Below are positions 42,001 to 53,200 of a stretch of DNA of 58,197 nt, piece after piece. The notes beneath the pieces are model-generated. The model was not told where the DNA came from and ran no database searches. It saw only the letters and a list, made by a program, of their open reading frames with translations. Position 1 is the stretch's first letter; every line of letters starts with the position of its first letter. Source of the DNA: a bacterium (GTDB lineage Bacteria > B130-G9); contig JAGHCW010000154.1 of assembly GCA_021160245.1 (NCBI GenBank), forward strand, positions 1 to 58,197, in the 5' to 3' direction. The translations under genes and the position numbers were made by a program.

Positions 42001-45000
42001 ATAGACACCGTCGTCGGTAAGGCCAGAGAACTCAAAACTATCATTTAACGTTGCCGCTCCGGCTCCATCAATCGTAAGACCAGTGTCCATCTCCAGGCCG
42101 CCCTCGGACCGGTAGTAAAGCCGCACGGCATCCTGATTCTTAAGCCCCATGCCGCTGTTGTCTTGAGCGACGAATGGGATGATAACCGGCAACTCATTTG
42201 TGTAGGCCGGATCGAACGTCGGTGTAGAGGTCGGCGGCGCGGGCGCGTATGATGTCGTAACTACTTTGCCCTCTGCAATCGCACGAGTTATATGCTCCGC
42301 GTTGCCGCATTTGTCCGTTGCAAGCGCGGCAAAGAGATACTGACCGCCGGCTTCACCCAAGAAGGCTGTCGGGTAAAACTCGAACACCCCGCTGTCGCCT
42401 CCGACTGTGGGAATATTATACCTGCTCCAGTTGGCTGGATCAGAACTCTCATTGTTATATACGTACCAGAGATTCACATGATCCACGCCACTTCTATCGT
42501 CAACCGACCAAAAATCAATCAGCATGGGAGCTCTCGTGAATTCAAGAGGCACGCTGCAAGCCGAAGTTGGCGGAATTACATCATAAATCATAAAGCCGCA
42601 CGGCTGCGTGTCGGCACTGGGCGCCGGCTCCACATTCTCGGAGTTGTCCCAGCCCTGCGTGTAGAAGTAATAATGGCCATCCTCATTCTCGGGAAGAGTA
42701 ATCGTGAAATTGCCAAAGGGGCCAAACGCATTAAGGCCGGTATTTCGCCAGAGGCCATCATTGAATCTAAACCACAGCCTCGTCCGCGCCGGACCGCTCA
42801 GAACGTCAAAGAGCGTGAAGTCGATCTCGATATTCTCCCGGCTGACGGAATAACTCTCAAGCGCGCAATCTGAAACAGGCAGAGTGGTATCAAATACCGT
42901 TGTGCCCTTCACCTGCAGCGGCTCGATATTGGACGGGTCTGCGTTATCGTACGCTCTGGTACATAAATCGTAAATCCCCTCTGATGGCGGATTAAAGATA
43001 AAGCGTCCAGATGTCCCGTACTTCGGATCGAGCCCACTGTCCTGCCAAGCGCCGCCATCTTTGCTGAACCAAAGCTCCGTGTATGCCACGCCCGTCCTTC
43101 TCATGCCAGTGTCCCAAGCGGTGAAATCAAGCACGATCGGGACGGTATCCGCATTCCCATACGCCGGCGGCTCGTTCGGCGACTCAAACTGCGACGCCGG
43201 GTCCGCTGTGTCAGGCACGACGGAATCGTTGTAGCTGTAAAGCCGACCGTCAGGCTTTGCCCAATACAATGTGCCGTCATTGGCGATTGCGCAGGAAAGC
43301 GCCGGCGGCTCGCCCAAATCTGGGCTCTCCCATACAGACGCTCCAGAGGAAGTAATACAATGATACTTGTTGTCATCGGCGCCGAAATAGATGTGCCCAG
43401 AACGGTCCATAATAAGGGCCGACCTGACCGGCGCGCCGACATCATAAACTACTGTGGCTATGCTAGCGTATTGATCCTCAATTGCGTAGATATAGCCGTC
43501 ATCGCAACCAAAATAGACGGTTCCGTCTGGCGCTATTACCGGCACGGAGAGCACGCTATCCGGCATTATGATCTCCCAGCGCAAATCGGCAGCGCATGGC
43601 ATCAACATCGGGTCCGGACGCTCTGCGCAACAGAAGCGCCTCGTGGAAGACCCAAAGAATATCGAGCCATCCGTTGCCATGGCCGCGGCCATCCTGTCAT
43701 CCCTGAGGCCCTCGTCGTACCACCAGGACAATGCCCCATTCGGGTCCAACGTACCATCCGGATCAACCACGTGGAAAACTCCGCATCCGCCTCCGATATA
43801 GATATCCTCAAACTCACCAATCATCAGCGTCCCGGTAAACTCCTCGCCCTCTACATTTGAGATATACGGGAATCCTGCCTTGAGGCCGCCATTCATGTTG
43901 ACGGCATAGAGGTACCCGTCATCGTCGCCGAAGTAGATCGTGTAGTTCTCAACCCTGTTGATTGCAACGCCGGCTCGAATCGCCGCCTCAGTCTGCGACA
44001 CGTACGGGAATCCAGCCTTCAGTGCTCCGAGCTCGCTTACGCCATAAAGCCTACCGTCCTCAGTACCGAAATAGACGTAGCGATCGTAGGAGAGGGCGGG
44101 AGTTGTTGTGATTGCATGGGCTGTGTGATACGCCCACTTCAACGTGCCATCCGAGGCGACGGCCATCAAACTGTTGTCGCTTGTGCCAAAATAGACCGTC
44201 CCGTCCCCGTCGATTACAGGCGCTGTAGTAATTATGTCATTTGGTATCGTGTAAATCCAATTCACGTTCGTGCTGACCGGTCCGTCCACGGCCGAATTAC
44301 CAGTCCGCTCAAGGTCCCTTTGGAGCATCGGCCACTGCGGCCCATATACGGAGAACTGATAATGTCCCAACGCGCAGTCTAAGACTGCCGCCGGGTTTGA
44401 ATGCTCTACCATGATGTAATACTCGCCTGTATTGAGGCACGGGAAGACTATCTCGGTGTTCGTCGAATCCAAGTCCTGGCGAAGTAAAGCTGTTCCGGCG
44501 CAAGGATCGCCCCTATCATAGAGGTACACGTTGCCCGTATAGTCGAAAAAGCCCGGCGCGCGCTCAACTTCTATGAGATAAGTTATCTGCGACTCGGCGT
44601 AGAACTTAAACCAATCCACATCGCCCGGGGCCTCGAGATTATGTCCCGTATGCCAATAGCCATTGGTTGGAAGAAGAGTTGCTCCGGTGCAGGTGTTGTC
44701 TGCTGGCTCAAAGGCATCAGGGGCCCAGGGCTCGCAAGTAATCGTGGGCCCCGCATAGGGGCCATCATCAACCAGATTGTTATCGGCCTCAAGGGCATAG
44801 AAATGGAACGAGTGAGCACCGACTGCTAACTCGGGCCAAGCTGCCGTGTAACGCCAAAGGCCGCTACAATAGTCGCCCGATATGAGCGTCATGTCGTAGT
44901 CGCCACCGTCTATCTCAACCCACAGCCTGACGGGAGCCTCGCATTCCGGGTCCTCGTAGCGAACCGTATAAACAAACGTCTCGTTCCTATCGCCTGAAAG

Positions 45001-47151
45001 CGGGTCAAGTTGACCGGTGAATAAGGAGGGGCCAGCATTGCGCAGCTCAACAACCCCCGCCGGAGTTCCAAACCACCTGTGCCCGTAAGGGTCAACCTCG
45101 GCCGCTGCAACTCGATTGCTGAAGAGCCCGCTGTTATCCACATAATAGTTCGTGCAGACGCCGAGACCAGGCCTCAAGCAAGAGAGCCCATTCTCAGTTC
45201 CTGCCCAAATATAGCCCGCATAATCAACGTGAATCGAGAGGACTATATCCGAGGCTAGCCCAGAGTTCGCCTTCCTGAAGCTTCGCCAAGAGCTCCCGTC
45301 CGGCTGGCATGTGCAGACTCCGCGCATGGTGCCAAACCAGGGATTGCCGGCTCTGTCGAGATCGACACAGAAGACTATGTCAGAGATAAGGCCTGAGTTA
45401 GTGGTGCTATATGACTGCCAGACATCGCTGGCGGTATCGTAGGACGAAACTCCCCAACGAGTCGCAAACCAGATCAGGTCGCCGGTTCCGATGGCGATAT
45501 CGTTGACCCAATTGTCGGCCAATCCGCCACCTGTGCTCTCAACCGTGAAGGTCGCCCATCTCTCGCCCGGGTCGGGCCAAAGATTCCTGTCGTAAAGCGA
45601 GACGCCGTCCTCAGTTCCAATCCATACAAGGTCATCATTGCGATCCGGCCGTACGACGTTTACGGCATTGCTAATCAGGCCGCCGTCCGTGTTCGATACG
45701 TTAAACGTCTCGAACGTCCATTTCAGGGAGCCTTCATCATAGTCGGCGCGTCCAATTCCCTCGTCAGTTCCGACGTACATTACGTTCGCGTCAGTGGCAA
45801 TGTCTATCGAGGTGACGTAATCACTAGGTAGTACTAGGGCCGTGTTGAACTGGCGATAGTGCTCCCATTCCGGCACTACTGGATTGCTGTAATCGTCCAA
45901 CGACAGCATCCCGGCGCCCCTCGTGCCGATATAGATGCGTTCCTTCCCATTATAATCGTCATCGAAGAACTTGAGAGTGGTTACGTAGTTGGCGAACCCG
46001 ATGCCATCGAACAAGGTCTCCCAGGTCTGACCGCCCATGTCATACTGACTCACGCAGTAACGCGTTGCGAAGTAAACGTTCGCTCCTGCGAATTCGATGT
46101 CCCTGACGTTATTTTCGACAAGGCCACTCTCGCCTGTTATGTAGCGACTCCACGTGTTCTGGTCTCGGTCGTATGTATTGACGCCTCGAGGCGTGATGAT
46201 CCAGAAAAGCCTGTCGTCCGATGGGTCAACCACCATCCGCACGATCTCATCGTGCAGAAGGCCAAATGGGGATGTGTTTGCCCGCGTAAATACTTCCCAC
46301 GTGCCGTCTTCTATTTTTGCAAGACCATCGCCCGTGGCGAACCACACCTCTCGGCAAGGGCCGAAAGCAACGTCAACGACTATATCGGACGGAAGGTCGG
46401 ACGGAACGTCAGAATCGCTCGTGTCCCAGCAGAACCAGCGCATTGAATCGCCTTCTGGCATGGAGGGATCGAACACCATGACGCCCGAATCAGTTCCAAA
46501 GAATATCCGGCCATCAGAACATGGATCAAAGGCTATGCAAAATACGTTGTCGGAGACAAACTCGGGGTACTGCCAGCTGTTAAAGTACTCCCAATAATTG
46601 TCGTCGGTATCAAACCACTCGTTATTAACATAATCATAAATTGCGGAACAAACACCGTAGTCTGTCATGAAGTACATTCTATCAGGATCAGCCGGCTCGG
46701 CGCCGGGCATTATCCTTCTAATGTAATTCGATGAGAGGCCACTGTTAAACCTCGTGTAAGTAGTGAAGGTAGGGCCTGCCGGGTCTATCTTCACAAGACC
46801 CTTGTCAGTCGCCACCCAGACCATACCATTCTGCGTCGCCATATCGAGGATATGGTCTGAGGGCAAGTTCACCAGATGAACTGACGCCTCAGGCGCAAAA
46901 AGCCTATCGACCGCTTGATGATACTTCGCCTCATACGCCCCCGTGACGGCGTCGTAACGAACGAGGCCAACCATGGAAGTGCCTACCCAAACTTTCCCAT
47001 TGACCTCAACGGCGCAAGTTGTGTCATTGCTTTCAGTGTATGCTCGCCACCCTCCGCTTCCGGTCGGTAGTGCATGCACGGCGCCGCTTATGCCAAAAAT
47101 GGCAACCAACAAAAAGACTGTCCCAACCGCAACAGAGCGCGACCTTCGCAT
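39049..47151 (-). CDS. Giant secreted surface protein, 2700 aa: propellers, Ig-like, PPC-like, PQQ-like propeller, 11 Ig-like repeats, 1 ASH-like, conserved C-terminal domain
   Basis: Signal peptide ending AVHA; same module order as its neighbours; DAFEPADNTCTGA; QWPMLQRD..RTG; eleven ~100-aa repeats; GGAGG RBS. Confidence 0.9.
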   Translation of the reverse strand: MRRSRSVAVGTVFLLVAIFGISGAVHALPTGSGGWRAYTESNDTTCAVEVNGKVWVGTSMVGLVRYDAVTGAYEAKYHQAVDRLFAPEASVHLVNLPSDHILDMATQNGMVWVATDKGLVKIDPAGPTFTTYTRFNSGLSSNYIRRIMPGAEPADPDRMYFMTDYGVCSAIYDYVNNEWFDTDDNYWEYFNSWQYPEFVSDNVFCIAFDPCSDGRIFFGTDSGVMVFDPSMPEGDSMRWFCWDTSDSDVPSDLPSDIVVDVAFGPCREVWFATGDGLAKIEDGTWEVFTRANTSPFGLLHDEIVRMVVDPSDDRLFWIITPRGVNTYDRDQNTWSRYITGESGLVENNVRDIEFAGANVYFATRYCVSQYDMGGQTWETLFDGIGFANYVTTLKFFDDDYNGKERIYIGTRGAGMLSLDDYSNPVVPEWEHYRQFNTALVLPSDYVTSIDIATDANVMYVGTDEGIGRADYDEGSLKWTFETFNVSNTDGGLISNAVNVVRPDRNDDLVWIGTEDGVSLYDRNLWPDPGERWATFTVESTGGGLADNWVNDIAIGTGDLIWFATRWGVSSYDTASDVWQSYSTTNSGLISDIVFCVDLDRAGNPWFGTMRGVCTCQPDGSSWRSFRKANSGLASDIVLSIHVDYAGYIWAGTENGLSCLRPGLGVCTNYYVDNSGLFSNRVAAAEVDPYGHRWFGTPAGVVELRNAGPSLFTGQLDPLSGDRNETFVYTVRYEDPECEAPVRLWVEIDGGDYDMTLISGDYCSGLWRYTAAWPELAVGAHSFHFYALEADNNLVDDGPYAGPTITCEPWAPDAFEPADNTCTGATLLPTNGYWHTGHNLEAPGDVDWFKFYAESQITYLIEVERAPGFFDYTGNVYLYDRGDPCAGTALLRQDLDSTNTEIVFPCLNTGEYYIMVEHSNPAAVLDCALGHYQFSVYGPQWPMLQRDLERTGNSAVDGPVSTNVNWIYTIPNDIITTAPVIDGDGTVYFGTSDNSLMAVASDGTLKWAYHTAHAITTTPALSYDRYVYFGTEDGRLYGVSELGALKAGFPYVSQTEAAIRAGVAINRVENYTIYFGDDDGYLYAVNMNGGLKAGFPYISNVEGEEFTGTLMIGEFEDIYIGGGCGVFHVVDPDGTLDPNGALSWWYDEGLRDDRMAAAMATDGSIFFGSSTRRFCCAERPDPMLMPCAADLRWEIIMPDSVLSVPVIAPDGTVYFGCDDGYIYAIEDQYASIATVVYDVGAPVRSALIMDRSGHIYFGADDNKYHCITSSGASVWESPDLGEPPALSCAIANDGTLYWAKPDGRLYSYNDSVVPDTADPASQFESPNEPPAYGNADTVPIVLDFTAWDTGMRRTGVAYTELWFSKDGGAWQDSGLDPKYGTSGRFIFNPPSEGIYDLCTRAYDNADPSNIEPLQVKGTTVFDTTLPVSDCALESYSVSRENIEIDFTLFDVLSGPARTRLWFRFNDGLWRNTGLNAFGPFGNFTITLPENEDGHYYFYTQGWDNSENVEPAPSADTQPCGFMIYDVIPPTSACSVPLEFTRAPMLIDFWSVDDRSGVDHVNLWYVYNNESSDPANWSRYNIPTVGGDSGVFEFYPTAFLGEAGGQYLFAALATDKCGNAEHITRAIAEGKVVTTSYAPAPPTSTPTFDPAYTNELPVIIPFVAQDNSGMGLKNQDAVRLYYRSEGGLEMDTGLTIDGAGAATLNDSFEFSGLTDDGVYLFRTEAWDNATGAQRDDLGECTIILDRNAGTSMCNGPAYSTGGDVPIEFTAWDDFSGVDDVVLFVRYEAGAWMSPMLNDQGEFGVISFTPVDGDGAYEFYSQMSDMAGNMEAGHDVPDFTMFRDTQLPSTLIFASGMSSESTVVISYEATDGQNGSGVSNVELFWMPPGQVTWLSTGLSSAQATGQFLLPFSGGEGEYKVMAIATDVAGNVEQSTSFMEIIYDASAPTSSCSCPYATTATPINISFTAQDAVSTVTNVDLYYRYSPGIGYSAGSWTRVSTATIPWTGTFVFDETFGEGIYEFYTIAHDIVGNTETTPGFWTPPKATWRYDVTNPQSSCFVCIPKDGTVISGLDEDEFECAPVMFLTSMPFVVSFEATDDVSGVQTTVIYYRFNGGAWRDIGWHSADGSGRFVFDRDQGMGVYEFASVSSDYSGNQEPLAAKCTAYMDILAPSSTCTCDEYTSGESVAVHFTAHDDTGFMNTYLWYNKDGAKDDEGAKKWADSGVFGSGTQGVLTFKPEGDGVFEFFTHSIDMAGRSEIMKNEAECSTIYDTIPPGSGVSAPYFVTEPTIATLSCWGTDEGSGVANLHLYCQFELENFFDTGLTADETETSFTYHLDRGEGRYGFICIATDHSGNVQSTPSTLVPCIYDATPPETECTGEVKVDGELMFVYFTVDDEVAGIGDVALWYSYAGGEWQEATSATTNLPWSYSFRFSPTDGRGEYSFYSIGTDKAGNVEDAPDEADTTYSYVPGIPELRVFPESISFGEVLLNQVSASTLQLLNVGGADLRVTDVVVASQSTLIQSFECISSFPVTIGGEDYSTAQIIFQPTELGRISAVLEIWWVNVKGGQPSKVEVPVVGYGVLVEPPTISIEAQAASRLHDDDEIVIDVSVENKGPSIDVEAYIAVQDPFGSLYFWPDWSQELSGFVLTLDEGFRLVDFELMRISPGMGIAPGSYTFYAALAAPGSLDFMGPISTCNFDVGSSY

Positions 47152-47209
47152 ACCGATTAACCTCCGTCACTTATTCGAGTTGTTCTCATTAGGCATACTC
47201 GTAATTATC

Positions 47210-50200
47210 TTAAAAAAGTACCCACCTAATCTCCGCTACTTCTGTCATGAAATTATACCGTGTCCCCGGCTCAACAAGTGCCGCGAAAAGCTTATATTCA
47301 CCTTTCGGTAATTCACCTTCATTATATTCAAACCTGAGGAATGGCAACGGCGGCGTGTTCAGGCCAGCGGGTAGCGACACCGAGATCCCGGTCGGGTTCG
47401 TCGTCCAGTCCGGGAAGTAGCAAAGCTCTCCCGTCGGCAGCATCGCCGCGATGTAGAGGTCTGCCTCAACATCCTCGAAGACGCCAGCTATTCCTATCGA
47501 AGCCTCCAGCTCTTGACCGTCGCCAATTACTCGCGCCGGCGCCTTGAGGAAAAGCGTCGGTCCTAGGGGCCCGAGGCCTGTTCCGCTGACCGCGACTTGG
47601 GTAATCGGCAAATTGTCGTCGTTGCTGTAAATCATAATCGTCGTATCCGTTACGCCTACCGTCCACGGACAAAATACGACCGGGAAATCTAGCCAATCCC
47701 CGGGCGCAATGCTTCTGTTCGTATCTGATAAGTAGAAAGTATCCAGGTTGTTCGAGTATATGCTGCTGATAAGAAGATTACCTGTGCCATGATTGTTGAT
47801 GCGCAGTAACCATTGCCTCTCCGCGCCAATCGAAAGCATCCCAAAATCATGGCTCAATACAGGTATATCGATCTCCGGCTCAGCGGGACCGCAGATAACT
47901 GTGCAATCTGCATACGCGGGCGCCGGCTCCCTATTGTTAGCCTCGTCTTCGGCTCTGGTGTAAAACTCGTACGTCCCATTGCATTCAGGTGGATAGAAAA
48001 GGAATATACCCGCCTCAGTGTAGTAGTCGGGATCGTCATACTGGGTCCAAACCCCGCCTTCATATCTGTACCAGAGATACGTCCTATAAACACCTGATGT
48101 GTCAAAGTCGTTCTCCGGCCAGCTCTCGGATAGGAATGGATCGTCGTCGGCAACGTAGTCAATCGCTATCAGGCCATCCGTCACGTGCCAATCGTCGCAG
48201 CTGCATTCCGACATGGGTGGAATCACGTCGTAAGTAATGTACGCGTCCCAGTAAGGGACACCATCGGGAACGTTGAACTTGAGGAGCGGCCGCTCCTGCT
48301 CATTCCCTGCGCTATCAATTGCCTGAGTATAGAACGCATACTCCCCATTGCCGTCCTGGGGATAGAAGTGGAAGAAGCCGGCGTCGGCAGGGAGCGCCTG
48401 TCCCGTGTAGCGCCAATCGATGTCGTCACCCGTCCAGTCATTTATCGGCGTCGGAGCGAAGACTCGATACGCATAGAAGAGCCTCACCTCCTCCAATCCG
48501 CTTGAATTGCCATTGGCATCGCTCGCCGTGAAGAGTATCTCAAGGGGATTATCCGAATCACCAGTCAAATGCTGAGAGATCGGACTTGTATTCACCCAAC
48601 ACCTTGACGATGGCGCGCCGATTTCGTAACGGGTCGTCGCCTTCGGGGTCAGTAGCATCGGTTCGACGTTGCCTGCATTGTCGGTCGTTCGAGTATAGAA
48701 ATCATATATACCGAGACCGTGATTGAAGACAAACTTGAACGTCCCCTCTGTAAGTGTCTCGATGTGCCCACTCGACTCCCAACCGATGTCTCTGCTAGAA
48801 TCATCGGGATCGGTGTACTTATACCAGAGCTCCACCGAGCTCGGACCGCTACGGTCGTCAGAGGCGCTGAATTGAACGTCAACGAAATGACGCCAGGTTG
48901 CATCCGGAGCAGAGCAGGTCGATTCCGGCATAACAGTATCATAGACCGTGGTGCAATCGACGCCCTTGATCCCCTCCCTGTTGCCACCTAAGTCGGTAGC
49001 GTGCAACAGGAATTCGTAGTAGCCCTCACCCTCCGGCGGGTCAAACTCCAGATATCCAGTCAAAACCGTCGCCTCGGTGATGTAATCCTGCCAGGCGCCA
49101 CCCTCGTACGTGTAGGCTAGTTCCATCGAATAGATGAACGGGCTCGTCTCATAACTTATTACTATGGGCGCCACATTCGTATAGGGATCACAGAAGCCTC
49201 TTGAACTTGGCTCTGCATAAATGATCTCAGACGAGCAATCCGCCTCATCCTTGAAGGGCTCTTGATGGCCCACCGCATCCACAGATTGTGTCAGGAAATA
49301 GTAAGTGCCGCTAACTGCCATTGGGTAGAATTCGAAGGTGCCGCTCGGTCCCTCCAATGACATTCCGGTATCCACCCACTCGCCATCGTCGTGCTTGGCC
49401 CAAAGCCCAGTCTCAACAACCTCGCTCCCGGCGTCTGTGGCCGAGTAAGACACGCGAATAGGGATCATCCGCGATGTTGATGAGCAGCGGCATGATGAAT
49501 CAGGCGGCTGAGTATCACAGTTTGACAAAGCGTCGTAAGTCTTGGGCGGGACCTCGATGTTCCCACAGTTATCAACTGCTATGGTGTAGAAGCGATAGAC
49601 ACCGTCGCCGTTCGCCGCGGTGAACTGAAACACTCCGGCATCGGCGTCAGATACGTATGTGCTTCTGATGTAATCACCATCATTGAAGCTATAAAAGAGC
49701 CGCACCTCCGCAAGGCCCGCCACATTATCCGAGCCAAGGAACGAGACCGGTATGTCGCCCTGTGAGAAGACGTCCGCTGCTATGCAGACAGAGTTCGGGT
49801 CGCTTATGTCGTAAACGATTGCGCAATCAGGATCAGTCTCGTCCTGAGGCGCGGGCTCCCAGTTGCCAGCTACGTCGCGGGCTCTTGTGTAGAAGCGATA
49901 GATGCCTTCGCTTTGCCACTGAGCCGGGTTCGGGTTGTATGCGAAAGAACTCGACAGGGCACGGGCCGCAGGCGCAATGTTGATATCAGGGGTAATCTCT
50001 GTCCACGATACGTCGCTCTTATACTTGAGATAACATCTAATCGTGTCAACGCCCGTCGCGTCATCGCTTGCCGTGTAGTTCACAACGATCGGCAGAATCC
50101 TCGTGTAGTCGGCGCAGCTTGCCGCTGATTCTGGCGTAATGACATCATAGAAGACTGAAATCATGAAGTTCTGGGCGTTCTCATAGTCCTGCTGGTTGTT

Positions 50201-53200
50201 CATCTCGTCCGTCGCTACGATGAAGAAGTCATACTGTCCCTGACCGTAGGTGGCGTCGAAAGAAAATGTCACGAGTCCAGTCTCAGTATCGAAGCCGAAC
50301 GTATCAATTCCACTATCTTGCCACTCGCCCTGGTTAAACCTGTAGTAGAAGCGAATGGTAAAGGTCTCAGAAAAGAAGTCGGTTAGAGCGAATTCATCAA
50401 TGATAAACGGAGTGCTGCTGAACGCGGGAGGCGCGCCGAGGACTAACGTCGTCGGAGGGCTTGTATCATAAAGCGTTTGCGAATCGTAATAATAGACAGG
50501 GGAGTCCTCAATCAGACCGGAGCAATCGGTTGCCCGGGTGTAGAAGGCGTAATAGCCGTCGCCATCGGGTGGAGAGAACATGAACGTGCCCGTCTCGCCG
50601 GCCAGTGACGAGACCGTCGCCGCGGCCGCAATTGGCGCCCAACTATCGCCATCAAGACAATGATCATAATAGAGTGTTGTCCAAGCGACTCCACTGCCAT
50701 CATCAGCGGAGACGTAATCGACAGGAATCTCCGGAGCATTACTGGAAAGCGGGCTTGAGCACTCAGACCTCGGAGCCGTGTTATCGACCATAGGTCCGTA
50801 ATAAACGCCAGTCTCGGGGGCTCTTGCTACGCCACCATAGCCATCCTCAAACAGGAAATAATAGGTGTGCAATCCTTGCTCGGCGAATTGCGTGTCGAGC
50901 GTAAATATAAACGTATATGGGTCGCTGCCCGGCTGCCAATCGGAGATGTGATATGACACGTCATCAAGCACGATGAAGCATTTCGCAGGGAAATCGTAAT
51001 CAATGTCCTGATAAGTTGTGAAGAACCGGAATGTCTCGGCGGTACTTCCAGCAGCCGGAATTACGCCTGTATTCCCGACCGGATCAGTTACAAGGTCCGG
51101 CTCCGCATTCTCGCTTGCAATAGCATACATCGTATTGCCTGCAACAAAGAAGACCTCATGGTCAAGTCCGATTACTATGGAGGATACTATCGGCTGGCCA
51201 ACATCGCCGGCATAGAGAACGTCAATTCCCGGACCGGTTGGCAGCTGCACCTCACCCATGAGAAATAGGGAACCACTCTCAGAACCCACATAAACGTGTC
51301 CGGCGCCATCGACCGCCGGCGCGTGACATATAGGTCCGCCAGTGTCGAAGCTCCAGTTAAGACTCAAAACCCCTTCGTCCCTGTTCAACGCGTAGAAGAT
51401 GCCGTCTGTGGAACCGAAGTAAAAGCTGTCGTCACCACCAAACGCTCCGTGGCCCTCAATCGCGCCTCCTGTTTGGAATGTCGAGATCGGTGTGTTGAAG
51501 TTGTTCGGGGCGAAGCTGCGCATAATGCCGTCATCTGCCCCAACATAGACGTAGCCATCGCTGTCAACTACGGGGGAGGTGCGGATCGGGTACCCAACCG
51601 TCCCCTGGTTGTTGATGCTCCCGTTGCCGGTATCTATATTGTATAGTCTCCCTTCGGTACAACCAATATAAAGCTCGGACTCGTCGGGAGAAAGCGCGGG
51701 CGAGGAATTCAAGAACGGGCAGGCAACCTGTCTGTCCCACCTCAACGAGCCGTTGGGCTCAAGTGAGTAAACGCCACCGTCAAAAGAGGCGAAATAGATG
51801 TTCCCGTCAGAATCTACGACCGGCGAGGAGTAAATCCCCGCGCTCAAGGGGCCAGGGTATGGGTAGCGCCAGTAAAGCGCTCCATTTGCAGAGTACACCG
51901 CATAGAAATAGCCTTCTTGAGTGCCATAATAGACCACTGAACCATCGGGCGAAAGCGCCGGAGAACACATAACGGGATCAAGATCAAACGGCTCATAGAC
52001 CCATCTTTCCTCAAAATCAGGGGACAACGACACGAGCCGACCATAATCCGCCCCGAAGTAGAGATTGCCCGCACCATCAATTGCAGGTGTTGAGGCGATG
52101 GTCGGGCCAGTCGTGTATGTATGCGCGACCTGATATTCCCTCGGACCGATGGATGCCGCAGTCGCTGGCCTTGTGCCAACGCGGCCCAGCATCGGCCATT
52201 GGTTTCCTGATATAGAGATGCTGTAAACCCCGGCGCTCTCGAGCGAGGAGCCCGGGGAAGCGTTGTCGATAACCCTTAGGAAATAGTAGCCCGCGACCTC
52301 TGCTACAAAGGGGAACGGCGCGGTCGAATCGCCGCCCGGATTCGGCGCAAGGGTACAGTCATCGAGATAAATCTCCACCTCGACGGCAGCCCCAGCCGCG
52401 GCATTCAGCGTTATGGTGTATTCAATATCGGTATCTGCCCTGAAATAGAACCAGTCTTCGTCCGTTCCCAGTGGCACGAGGTTGTGGCCCGAGTGGACGC
52501 TCCCGTCAGTCCATATAAGCGCTGCGTCCATACATCTGTTATCCGGCTCAAAACCGTCCCAGGTATCAGGACCCGTGAATGTATCTTGCGGATACCTAAC
52601 TTGACAGCCATCACTGTCAGCAAAGACGAAATAGTGGACCCAATGGCCGGAGTCGAGCGCGAGCGTAGTTGCATAATTCCCGTTATCCGGTGAGCCGGAT
52701 ACGAGTTCCATATCGTAAGGTGAGGCGCTCTGCTCGTCACGACCGACGAAGACCTCCGCGCTAATCGGCGCGAAGCCATCCACATCCATGTAGGTTACTC
52801 CAAACGTATAATCAGTAAGCGGTCCACTCAATGCGGGCTCTAGCGTCGCATCCAAGAGAACGGGCATGCCCTGCCTGAGGACCGAGGCGCCTCCTCGCGT
52901 CGCAAGCCAAAGGCCTATGCAAGGCTGGTAGCAGAGATCATAGACATTATCGTTAATCAAGCCACTGTTCTTTGTGGTGAAGCGCTCGCCTGTCATCGTG
53001 CCATCGGTGAACTTCGTTAGGCCGCGGCTCGTGGCTATCCAGACTGTATCGCTCGAACCAAATATGATGGAGTTTATCGTATTGCTTCCGAGTCCCGACC
53101 CGAAATCGCTGGTCCTGATCGTCGTCCAGACATTTTGAGCTCTATCAAACTTACTAATGCCGTTGGTCGTCCCGATCCAGATACAGCCGTTCGCATCAAC

